From: a virus
Taxonomy: Duplodnaviria > Caudoviricetes
Strand: one strand, 5' to 3'
Length of the DNA stretch: 53,722 nt
IMG/VR virus record: IMGVR_UViG_3300021411_000125
Span: 1 to 53,722 of that record
Shown: positions 46,096 to 53,722 of the stretch, piece by piece
Numbering within the stretch: position 1 is the first letter of the stretch
How the letters are laid out: the number at the start of each line of letters is the position of its first letter
The notes under the pieces: generated by a model
Database searches by the model: none
What the model was told of the DNA's origin: nothing
Seen by the model: the letters and a program-made list of their open reading frames with translations, nothing else
Made by a program: the position numbers and the translations under genes

Positions 46096-47823
46096 TCAGC
46101 CCTTCTTCTTGCCGGACGCGGTGCAGTAGCCATCGCTGCCGTCGGGGGTCGCGGACTTGAAGGCGCAGTTCCCGGTCAGCAAGTCATCGACCAGGCCGAA
46201 CACCCCGGCCCCCTCGACCGTGGCGCAGAAGACTTCCTCGACTCGGTCGGTCTCGGTCACCGACTTAACGACCCAACCGCGACCGGGCTTCGATGTGTCC
46301 GCGAGGCGACCGACCACCCGCTCCGCGTGGTGCGGCAACAGGAAGAACCACCCGGGTAGGTCCCGCACGTTCAGGTCGATCTTATATAAGTTCGTCGGCT
46401 CGGTGCCGTAACCGACCCGCGACGAGGTGCTGATAATCCCGTATCGGATGCCCGTCACCGCCGCTACGTCGCGCACAAATTTGATGGCGGTTCGATCAGC
46501 CGAGGAGATCCCGCACTGGCCGGCTTTGGATACGGACCCGTCGGCAGCGAAGTACCCGGCCAACCAGCTGATCAGCTCCGAAGCCGGGAGTTCGATCGAC
46601 GGGCGGCTCTTCCAGGCGCGGTCGATGCCGTAGAGCCACTGCATTGTGTCGCCGTTGGCGGCTGGGTACTCGTGCGCGACGAGCTCGGGGAAGTAGTCGA
46701 GCATCCCGGCCTTGCGGCTCCGGCCGTACACCGAGAGCGTGCCGACCTTGCGAGTTCCGTGCGTCTTGGTCCCGTCTCCGTAGACGAACCCGCGCGCCAC
46801 TGCCTTCCGATCCTGCGCCACCGCGTCGGGGGCTACCCGGATGCCAGTGAGTCGGTGGCCCGGCCGTAGCTCCACGGTCAGCATCTCGGTACCGTTCTCC
46901 AGGATCCACCGGTGCTCAGCCGTGGCGTGCACGATCTTGGTGGCGTTGTGCCGGCGCAGCTCGACTTTGTGCAGCCGCTGGGCACCGAATGACCGGACCG
47001 GCACCGACTCGAAAGTGCCGAAGCCCTCGGCCGTCGGGACCAGCAGCTCGTGCTTGCCGCCGGCCAACTCCGAGATCGGGCGGACCCCCTGACGAGTCAC
47101 TACCTCGGTCTCCGCTGCCAGGCAGAAGAAGCAGTGCCCACCGGGGGTCTCGGGAATTCTCATCGGCTCGACACCGGCTTCGGACAGCTTCTGCACCACC
47201 TGCATCCGGGCGAGCGCCTTCACCGCAATCATCGGGTCGAACGGCTCGGACCAGATGTGCAGCGCCGACAGCTTCTTCGCCCGGCCGAGGAAGCAGATCC
47301 CGACTCGGTTCACCTGGTAGCCGGCGTTGAGGTAGCCGAGTCCGTAACAGTGCGCCTGCGTCCTGTACGTAGGACTGGGGCCTTCGCTGACGTACTTGGT
47401 GTACTGCGAGTCGCCGAGCACCTTCCAGTCCAGCACGGTACCGGTGGGGGCATGGAACACGTCGCAGGAGCCGCCGAGTCCCAGTCCTACGTCAACGCGG
47501 CGTTCGGTATGCCAGATCGGAGCGGTCGGCCAGGGAGGATTCGCGGCCTCGAAGCAGTCCGCGAGCCACGCGTGCACGGCGGTGCCGACGATTGACGGCC
47601 ACGGATCATGCAGGTCACGCGTCGGCGGTCGATCTGACATCTGGAAGGCAAGTTGCCGCGCGCACGGGGTGCCGACCTGTGACGGGCCGATCGAGCGCTG
47701 CAACGACCGTGGCGCGTTGCTGGCGAACAGCTTGATCTGATGGATGATCGGGGTCCGCAACCCGGTCTCGTCAGCGGACGCCGCGAGGTCTGACTTCGTC
47801 GGAACGAGCACACCGAGCGCCAT
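46096..47823 (-). CDS. Cas4/RecB-like PD-(D/E)XK exonuclease interrupted by an intein
   Basis: IGPS.VG.PCARQ, GTAVH, GSCD, VLDWK, QAHCYG; C-terminal C-FF-[intein]-C...C. Spliced product 256 aa. Confidence 0.88.
   Translation of the reverse strand: MALGVLVPTKSDLAASADETGLRTPIIHQIKLFASNAPRSLQRSIGPSQVGTPCARQLAFQMSDRPPTRDLHDPWPSIVGTAVHAWLADCFEAANPPWPTAPIWHTERRVDVGLGLGGSCDVFHAPTGTVLDWKVLGDSQYTKYVSEGPSPTYRTQAHCYGLGYLNAGYQVNRVGICFLGRAKKLSALHIWSEPFDPMIAVKALARMQVVQKLSEAGVEPMRIPETPGGHCFFCLAAETEVVTRQGVRPISELAGGKHELLVPTAEGFGTFESVPVRSFGAQRLHKVELRRHNATKIVHATAEHRWILENGTEMLTVELRPGHRLTGIRVAPDAVAQDRKAVARGFVYGDGTKTHGTRKVGTLSVYGRSRKAGMLDYFPELVAHEYPAANGDTMQWLYGIDRAWKSRPSIELPASELISWLAGYFAADGSVSKAGQCGISSADRTAIKFVRDVAAVTGIRYGIISTSSRVGYGTEPTNLYKIDLNVRDLPGWFFLLPHHAERVVGRLADTSKPGRGWVVKSVTETDRVEEVFCATVEGAGVFGLVDDLLTGNCAFKSATPDGSDGYCTASGKKKG
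46168..47124 (-). mobile_element. Intein (319 aa) with LAGLIDADG homing endonuclease
   Basis: Starts CLAAETEV; block B ATAEHRW; GFVYGDG and WLAGYFAADGS motifs; ends VFCATV...LLTGN/C. Confidence 0.92.
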
Positions 47824-47824
47824 G

Positions 47825-48013
47825 TCAGTCCCCCAACTGGTTCGTCGTGCTCGGGTATTTGGCCTCCAGGCTCAATGTCGCGTGCACCTGCGCCATCAAC
47901 AGGTACGGGACCGTCCAGCTGTCCGGCTCCGCCTGTTGATGGCTCTGCTCGATTGCCAGGTTCAGCTTCCGCTCGGCCTCGGCTCGATGCTCGGCGCGAG
48001 TCATCGTCTTCAC
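47825..48013 (-). CDS. Hypothetical protein
   Basis: GTG 48013; EH..EAER.L...AQVHATL pattern. Confidence 0.62.
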   Translation of the reverse strand: MKTMTRAEHRAEAERKLNLAIEQSHQQAEPDSWTVPYLLMAQVHATLSLEAKYPSTTNQLGD

Positions 48014-48123
48014 AGCAGTCCCCCGTCCTTCGGTGGTTTGCGATTGTTCAGGGCACCGGTGAGGAGAATCAGCAGCGCGACCAGGACCAGCGCCCCGATA
48101 CCGACCCAGCAACCGGTGGTCAC
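48010..48123 (-). CDS. Small single-TM protein, missing from the ORF track
   Basis: Read by hand: MTTGCWVGIGALVLVALLILLTGALNNRKPPKDGGLL; GTGA overlaps on both sides; GGAG RBS. Confidence 0.6.
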   Translation of the reverse strand: MTTGCWVGIGALVLVALLILLTGALNNRKPPKDGGLL

Positions 48124-48584
48124 GGCTTCTCCGTCATCTCGGCGGCGGCTCGGGCGTCAGCGGCTGCGGCCCGTTCCAGCTTCGCGGCGACGTGTTCGGC
48201 GGCCATCAGGTTGAACACGATCGCGGCGGCGTGGTCTTCTCCGTCATTGGTTCCGGTGATCCACTGCATCATGTGCCGCAGCGCCGACGACTTGGCCCGT
48301 TGCAGCGCGTCGTCGTCGGAGAAGGATTCCCAGTTCCTCGGACTATATTTTTCTGCCCCCTTGGCCATGTGGACCGCGCACCGGGTCAGCAGCTGCTCCT
48401 CGAACGGCACACCGCGCGGCAGCAGCAACTCGAACCGGGCTCGGTCGCCGTGGCTCTCGCGCATCCCGCCACCGGCGAACGGCTCGTGCTGCATGTCCTC
48501 GACACCGGGATCGGTGAGCCGCCGTCCAGCGGTCAGCCACTCGTTGAGATCCTCTTTGGACACGGATAGGAGACGGTTTTTCAC
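48120..48584 (-). CDS. dATP/dGTP diphosphohydrolase-like protein (DUF5664-type)
   Basis: G..R....DR.RFEL, GAEKY..RNWE, SALRH...W..G....EDH.AA..FN. Confidence 0.8.
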   Translation of the reverse strand: MKNRLLSVSKEDLNEWLTAGRRLTDPGVEDMQHEPFAGGGMRESHGDRARFELLLPRGVPFEEQLLTRCAVHMAKGAEKYSPRNWESFSDDDALQRAKSSALRHMMQWITGTNDGEDHAAAIVFNLMAAEHVAAKLERAAAADARAAAEMTEKP

Positions 48585-48745
48585 GAGCTGACCATCCCTT
48601 CGTCGTGCATCCACTCACCAGAAGCTTCGATGTCAAGCACCTGGTGCGGCACCGGCACGAACACCTCAGCGGCCGGCGGCAGGAACGGGTCCGGGTTGTA
48701 GATGTGTTCGACCCACGGCACGCCGCAGTTGCAGCTCTCTGTCAT
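48581..48745 (-). CDS. Small hypothetical protein
   Basis: ATG 48745; CNCG..W.EH; GTGA overlap downstream. Confidence 0.5.
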   Translation of the reverse strand: MTESCNCGVPWVEHIYNPDPFLPPAAEVFVPVPHQVLDIEASGEWMHDEGMVSS

Positions 48746-48778
48746 GATCAACTCAATTCCCTGGGCGGGGTGTTGTCG

Positions 48779-48844
48779 TACGTCGGCGGGATTCGAACCC
48801 GCATCACCCATCATCTGGGACTCTGCCAATTGAGCTACGACGCC
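48779..48844 (-). tRNA. tRNA-like element with a truncated anticodon arm (no assignable anticodon, no CCA)
   Basis: GGCGTCG-TA-GCTC AATTGGCA GAGT-CCCA GATGA TGGG-TGAT-GCGGG TTCGAAT CCCGC-CGACGTA; canonical D and T arms. Confidence 0.72.
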
Positions 48845-48849
48845 AGGGC

Positions 48850-49140
48850 GGTGTTGCCGAGTGAACGGCTGGCTAGCTACCCACGGCCCCTTCACCGGTG
48901 ATCCTCTACTCTGAGCGTCCCGTTCGCAGCGCTACTACTAGGGCATCCTCGCCACCGGCTGTTTGAGATGCGAAGCGTGGGTTTCAGGCCGCCCCGTTGA
49001 CCAGGGATCCTGGCCGTACCGCCCACGCTTCACATCGTTCCGATCTACCTCGTTGTTCCTGGGTGCCGGCCGAGAGAACTCGGATGCGGACCAGGTCACG
49101 GTCGGCTGCGGCCCTCGGAACGACAGGCTCAGCACTTCAC
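48850..49140 (-). ncRNA. Candidate large structured RNA upstream of the tRNA-like element
   Basis: Stems 49115-23/49035-43, 49022-36/48967-81 (15 bp) and 48953-59/48894-900 with nested hairpins; mismatches become G-U on the - strand. Confidence 0.5.
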
Positions 49141-49168
49141 GGGTCTCTGTGGAGTTGTGTTCCGCGAG

Positions 49169-49930
49169 TTATGCGGTCTGGGTGGGTACGGCCTGCTGGG
49201 CGTGCAATCCCGCGATAGCCGCCTCGACATCGAACTTCGGGACCGACACCGGAGCAATCTGCGGCTGCCACTGCGGCTGTGCCACCGGTGCGGGAGCCTG
49301 GTAGACCGGTTGAGAAGCCGCTGCCGTGAGCTGCGGGGTCCACTGCGGCTGCGCAACCGGGACCTGCTGGGCCGGCGGCTGGTAGTTCTGCACCTGACCA
49401 ACCCACTGCGGCTGCGCAACCGGCTGCTGAACCTGCGGTGACTGGCCCCACATCGGCGCGGCGGCCGGGGCGGGCACTACAGAGGCAGCCTGGTCAGCGG
49501 CAATTTTCGCGGCTCGCTCGGCGTCGATACGACCGGGGAACGCGGCATCCCAGCCGGCGACGTAGGACAGCTCGTCACCTTCAAGGGGAATCAGCTTGCC
49601 GTAGGCGTTGCCGGACTGCCCAGTTACCGTGATGATCTTCACCGGCAGTGGCTCGGCGGGCGTGCCGTCGGTCTTCACGTAGCCCTTGATGTGGTCCACG
49701 ATCGCTTCGGCGCCCCAGATCACCGAGACATGCACGGTGTTCGCGGCGACGTCCACGATGTCGCAGATCACGACGTCCTTGGGCTTCGGAAAACGCTGCG
49801 TCACGAACTGCGGCCGGAACTCCCGGGGCACGACGATCAGCGGCTTGTTGGCGTTGTAGCGGGGATCGAATGACCCGGCCTTTCCACCAGTGGGGGGCGG
49901 GGTGAAGGTTCCTAGAGCGATGGGACTCAC
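49169..49930 (-). CDS. Hypothetical protein with Gln/Pro-rich repeated tail (possibly ssDNA-binding)
   Basis: Beta-rich N-terminal domain, repeated PVAQPQW units; lies between helicase and exonuclease. Confidence 0.6.
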   Translation of the reverse strand: MSPIALGTFTPPPTGGKAGSFDPRYNANKPLIVVPREFRPQFVTQRFPKPKDVVICDIVDVAANTVHVSVIWGAEAIVDHIKGYVKTDGTPAEPLPVKIITVTGQSGNAYGKLIPLEGDELSYVAGWDAAFPGRIDAERAAKIAADQAASVVPAPAAAPMWGQSPQVQQPVAQPQWVGQVQNYQPPAQQVPVAQPQWTPQLTAAASQPVYQAPAPVAQPQWQPQIAPVSVPKFDVEAAIAGLHAQQAVPTQTA

Positions 49931-50023
49931 CTGTCTCTGTCTCGTGACGTTTCGTATTAGTGCTGTTCACGGTACTGCTCAGTAGTGTTCCGATGCGGTG
50001 CGACTTACTACTCTGCCATCATA

Positions 50024-52255
50024 TCACCTTGCAACCTGGGATGCGACGTAACTGGCGATCGAGTTGACCACGTTGTTGCGCTGGCCGAACTCGATCACAT
50101 CAGCGATATAGCCAGCATCGGCGTTGTCGGGCTGTGGGTGCGTCGGGTTGATCCGCCGAGCGACCGCGCGAGCGGAGTCAGACGCCGGCCGCTTGCGCCA
50201 CGCGGCCATCGGCGCGAGGAAGTTCGGTGCGGAAGTTTCATCGGCCGCGAAGTCGATGGTTTTGCGGTAGGCGTCCTCGGCACCGAACAGCTGTTCCTTC
50301 ACCGCGATGTAGTCGACCTGGTTGCCCCGTTCGAACCAGCTGATCGGCACGTACTGGGCTTCTACGGTGCCGTTGGGCGGAGTGACCATCACCGCGATGG
50401 CGATGCCCCGGATCTCACGGCCGTTGTGGATCGGCGCCCAGAGGTGACCACCGGTGCTGCGGATCATCCAGCCTTCCCGCGCGGTGAAGACCGGCTTCGG
50501 CTCCTTCTTCGGTCCGCGCAACTTCAGTCCCTGCACCGCGCCTGGCGCCTTCACCTCCGGGCGCTCTTCCTCCTCGCCGAACAGATCCCCGCGCACCGAG
50601 CCGACGTAGCCGGTGACCATCGCGGTCGCCACGTCTCCTTCAGGCTCTTCCTTCAGCGCGACCAGCGCCTCCCGCATCCCGGTCTTCAGCCGCTCGATGA
50701 TCGAACCCTTGCGGGCGGCCTCGGCGACCATGTCGGAGACCCGCCGCTCGATCGCGGTGAGGTCGTCGATCGTCTTGGCCGGCGGCGTGCTCGCGGTGAG
50801 CGCCAGGTCGATGCCCTCGGTCGTCGTGTTGAGCAGCCCATCCAGCGGCTCGACCGTGCGGCGAGCGAATTCGGTGAGCCCCGGCAGCTTGTCGCCGTAG
50901 TTCTCGGCGGTGATCTTGATCTGCTCGGTGCTTCGCTCGCCGTCGTTCTGCCGCTCACGCAAGGCATCGGTATGCGCGGCGATGCGGTCCAGCCAGCCGC
51001 CTCGAGCCCGGTCAGTCCGCTCGAGCAGGTCGGTCAGCTGCTCACCGTCGCGCGCTTCAAGTACATCGGAGTCGGTCAGCGCCTCGACACCCGCGAGAGA
51101 GTGACCGTCACTGGCGCCAGCGACATCGAACACCGTGGCGAAGCGCTTGCCCGGTGCCGGCCGCAACGCTCGACCCACGGCCTGGCGGAAGAAGATCCGG
51201 GAGCGGGTTGGGCGGGCCAGGACGACGGTGTCGGTCATCGGGACGTCGAAGCCTTCGCTGACGATGCCGACGTTGCACAGCCAGCGGATCCGGTCTTCGC
51301 GGAAGTCACTGATGATCTTCTTCCGGCTGTTCTTGTCCATCGTGCCGTCGATGTGGCCGCACGTGGCACCGAGATCGTTCATGATCTGAGTCAGGTGCTT
51401 GGAGCTGGCCACGGTCGGCGCGAAGATGACGCCCTTGCTGTCGGGCAGCTCGCTCATCACCGCCTTTGCCACAATCTCGAAGGCGCCGACAGCCTCCATC
51501 GCCTCGGCGAGTTCCTTCTCCCGGTAGTCGACCGCGCCGGACATCCGCGACGTCGGAACCTCGCTCAGGTCCAGTCCGTCGATGGTCAGATGCCGCAACC
51601 TTGGCGGCACCAAGTAGCCCTCGCCAGGGATGCACTCCACCTCGAGGTCTAGGTCTCTCGGGTCGAGCTTGTGCGAGATCAACCAGCCGATGTCGACGTT
51701 CGCCACGATCGCTTCGAACACCTCGTCGAGACGGCGGTAATCCTCCCGGAACGGGGTCGCGGTAACACCCAGCGCGCGGGCGCGACCGGAGAAGCAACCG
51801 AGCGCGGTCATCACCCGCTTGAACGAGTCGCTGGCGTAGTGGTGCGCCTCGTCGGCGATGACCAGAGACGGGTTCGGCAGGTCGCGCATGGTCGACGCGC
51901 TCGCCAACGTCTGCGGAGTGGTGACCAGTACATCCGTCGCGCGCCACCGGTAGATCGCCTTGAGCCGCTTCGTCGAACCAGCTAGGCCCGGGGATCCGAT
52001 GACCTGCTCGATACGCAGCTCCGGTGCGGTCTTTCGCAAGTGCTCGGCAGCCTGCTCGATCAACTCTCTGCGGTGTGCCAGGACGATCACCGGACCATCG
52101 GCGCGGCGGCGTTCCAGGTGCCGCTTGATGATCTCGCAGAAGATGTAGGTCTTGCCTCCGCCGGTGGCCATGCTGATCATCGGGCGGTCCAGACCACCGT
52201 CCCATGCCGCGAACACCGCGTCGATGACCCGCAGCTGATACGGCCGGGCCTTCAT
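50024..52255 (-). CDS. SF2 DEAH-box (ResIII-like) helicase
   Basis: ATG 52255; RPYQ, ATGGGKT, DEAHH, TAT, EGFDVP, QAVGRALR. Confidence 0.93.
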   Translation of the reverse strand: MKARPYQLRVIDAVFAAWDGGLDRPMISMATGGGKTYIFCEIIKRHLERRRADGPVIVLAHRRELIEQAAEHLRKTAPELRIEQVIGSPGLAGSTKRLKAIYRWRATDVLVTTPQTLASASTMRDLPNPSLVIADEAHHYASDSFKRVMTALGCFSGRARALGVTATPFREDYRRLDEVFEAIVANVDIGWLISHKLDPRDLDLEVECIPGEGYLVPPRLRHLTIDGLDLSEVPTSRMSGAVDYREKELAEAMEAVGAFEIVAKAVMSELPDSKGVIFAPTVASSKHLTQIMNDLGATCGHIDGTMDKNSRKKIISDFREDRIRWLCNVGIVSEGFDVPMTDTVVLARPTRSRIFFRQAVGRALRPAPGKRFATVFDVAGASDGHSLAGVEALTDSDVLEARDGEQLTDLLERTDRARGGWLDRIAAHTDALRERQNDGERSTEQIKITAENYGDKLPGLTEFARRTVEPLDGLLNTTTEGIDLALTASTPPAKTIDDLTAIERRVSDMVAEAARKGSIIERLKTGMREALVALKEEPEGDVATAMVTGYVGSVRGDLFGEEEERPEVKAPGAVQGLKLRGPKKEPKPVFTAREGWMIRSTGGHLWAPIHNGREIRGIAIAVMVTPPNGTVEAQYVPISWFERGNQVDYIAVKEQLFGAEDAYRKTIDFAADETSAPNFLAPMAAWRKRPASDSARAVARRINPTHPQPDNADAGYIADVIEFGQRNNVVNSIASYVASQVAR

Positions 52256-52449
52256 CGGCGGAAGTCCTTCGAGGTCATGGCCAGCATTACCGCGCCGAGC
52301 AGGAACAGCGGGAAGAGGAACCAGTACAGCCGTGCGCCGGAGCTGATCGCGGCGTAGAGAAAGATCGCGGAGACGGCCAGGTAGATCCAGGCAAGTGCCA
52401 TTACGATTGTGGCCAGGGTCTTGCGCCATTCGGCGTGCCAGATCCTCAT
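52252..52449 (-). CDS. Two-TM membrane protein
   Basis: ATGA-coupled; two hydrophobic helices. Confidence 0.62.
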   Translation of the reverse strand: MRIWHAEWRKTLATIVMALAWIYLAVSAIFLYAAISSGARLYWFLFPLFLLGAVMLAMTSKDFRR

Positions 52450-52634
52450 CGCCGAACGCCGTACTTCCGATCCAGCGATGCGACGGTCAGCATCTCGACG
52501 ATCGGCAATGCGAAGCCGCACATAGCGATGAAACCGAAGCTCGACGCCGCGACGGAGCTACCGGTGATGATGTAGGCGTCGAGCTGCGCACCGCCGAGCA
52601 GCACGTAGGCGGACATAGTGATCTTGAACAGCAT
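52446..52634 (-). CDS. Two-TM membrane protein
   Basis: GGGAG RBS; hydrophobic. Confidence 0.6.
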   Translation of the reverse strand: MLFKITMSAYVLLGGAQLDAYIITGSSVAASSFGFIAMCGFALPIVEMLTVASLDRKYGVRR

Positions 52635-52680
52635 GATGCGGTCTCCCTGGGCGGGGTGGTTTCTCTCGTGTCGTATCAGT

Positions 52681-52761
52681 GCGGTACCGGGGAGCCGCCA
52701 GTGGGTCGAGTGACCCGGAAGTTTGAGGACTCCGATCCGGAACGACTACCCCCGGTACCGC
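52681..52761 (-). ncRNA. Candidate 81-nt structured RNA or 5' leader
   Basis: 12-bp closing stem 52750-61/52681-92, extended by a G-U-rich stem and two inner hairpins; starts 6 nt after TGG-TATGAT (52768-73). Confidence 0.5.
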
Positions 52762-52780
52762 GTTACCATCATACCACAGT

Positions 52781-53011
52781 TCACGTGCCGATGGCGTCAG
52801 TGTTCGCCGGCTGCTGGTAGACGAAGCCGCTGACCCCCGGCTTCACGTAGGGCCGGTCCCGCTCCTCGGTCAGCCGCTCGATCTCCGCCTTGGCCTCGGC
52901 CAGCTCCGCCTTCAGCGAGGACGTGTCGGAGAAGTTGCAAACGTGTGTGAGTACCGTTGAGGCACCGACGCGGTGGCCGCACAGCACGCAGGGCACCAAT
53001 GCTTCGCTCAC
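52781..53011 (-). CDS. Small Zn-finger/coiled-coil protein
   Basis: GTG 53011 after GGAGAGG; CVLC...HVC, then a coiled coil. Confidence 0.58.
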   Translation of the reverse strand: MSEALVPCVLCGHRVGASTVLTHVCNFSDTSSLKAELAEAKAEIERLTEERDRPYVKPGVSGFVYQQPANTDAIGT

Positions 53012-53063
53012 GCCGCCTCTCCCTTCAGGGCGTCGGTCAGGGCGACCGGGAGCACGACCGTGG

Positions 53064-53387
53064 TCACGTCGTCTCCTCGCCACTCCAGCCGTGCTCAACC
53101 AGCCAATCGAAGTCGGCCTTGGTCAGCGCACTGCCCTGGCAGGACTGGCACGCGCAAGGCTGGAGGTGGCCCTGGACGCCGTAGGTGTAGTACAGCCCGT
53201 TCTTGTTCCGGTCGGAGTGCATCCAACGCAGCGCCGCGAGGAACCCAGGCCAGTCGTACATGCGTGCCACCGACAGCCGGCTCCAGACCTCCTGGACGTC
53301 CGCCTCGCCGGCGGTGAACATTTCGAGCAGCTCGAAGATGCTGGCGTCGAGGATGCGGGCCAGCTTCGCTGCGTCAGCCACGCTCAC
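53064..53387 (-). CDS. Hypothetical protein
   Basis: GTG 53387; high GC3; C.C..C motif. Confidence 0.55.
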   Translation of the reverse strand: MSVADAAKLARILDASIFELLEMFTAGEADVQEVWSRLSVARMYDWPGFLAALRWMHSDRNKNGLYYTYGVQGHLQPCACQSCQGSALTKADFDWLVEHGWSGEETT

Positions 53388-53427
53388 CCCTGCCCCCGCT
53401 CGACCGGGACCGGGAGCACGACCGGGG

Positions 53428-53643
53428 TCAACAGACCACGTCCTTCGGTTCGCAGCGGTGCGCCTTCGCCCGCTCCTCCGCCTCGGCCGGGGTGATGAAC
53501 TCGACCTCGGACCACGACTCGCTACAGCGGGTGCACCGATACACGTGGCTGAACAACCCGCTATCACCGGGAGCGGCGCGGCCGTGGATGTCGACGCCGA
53601 GGGTGCATAGCGTTTGTCGATGTCGGCGGAACCGGCGCGTCAT
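53428..53643 (-). CDS. Small Cys/His-rich protein
   Basis: GGGAGAG RBS; C....H...CTRC...HRC. Confidence 0.5.
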   Translation of the reverse strand: MTRRFRRHRQTLCTLGVDIHGRAAPGDSGLFSHVYRCTRCSESWSEVEFITPAEAEERAKAHRCEPKDVVC

Positions 53644-53722
53644 CGCTTCTCTCCCTTCACCGCGTCGTCCAGTGCCCGATACAACATCTCGTTCTCCTGC
53701 TCGCCGCAGACGTCACGGAAGT

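Noticed and set aside
46096-47823. Cas4-like gene as evidence of a CRISPR-Cas system
   Set aside because: No repeat-spacer array or other cas genes were seen; stand-alone Cas4-like exonucleases are common in phages.
48779-48844. Functional decoding tRNA
   Set aside because: No 7-nt anticodon loop can be formed on a 5-bp stem, and the first acceptor pair is mismatched.
49985-51652. 555-aa + strand ORF
   Set aside because: Antisense shadow of the helicase.
52681-52761. Y RNA, tRNA or hammerhead identity for the 81-nt structure
   Set aside because: No TTCRA T-loop, CTGATGA core or Ro-binding stem motif was visible.

Overview
A high-GC actinobacterial siphophage or prophage segment. The left arm (+ strand, ~0.1-35 kb) holds terminase, portal, capsid and tail genes (with a GGGGGAA -1 tail-chaperone frameshift and a 1318-aa tape measure), a membrane/lysis cassette (amidase, holin, no recognisable LysB) and a second fibre cluster ending in a PL7-like lyase. 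The right arm is mostly - strand: sigma factor, WhiB, LuxR and MerR/BldC-like regulators, tandem HicA-like genes, an intein-interrupted Cas4-like exonuclease, a dATP/dGTP diphosphohydrolase-like protein and an SF2 helicase. No integrase or DNA polymerase is visible. Most unusual: (1) a + strand island at 37.1-41.4 kb carrying a second, unrelated, motif-intact TerS-like/TerL pair with no portal; (2) a 51-bp inverted repeat linking that TerL in frame to a gene ~4.2 kb away, a possible inversion switch; (3) a class F sortase beside an excalibur-domain candidate substrate, plus other exported enzymes; (4) several structured non-coding RNA candidates, including a ~300-nt one next to a tRNA-like element with a shrunken anticodon arm; (5) a recurring TGCCwCA-N3-TGwGGCA palindrome at promoter-like sites. 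All family calls come from motif recognition by eye; no searches were run.
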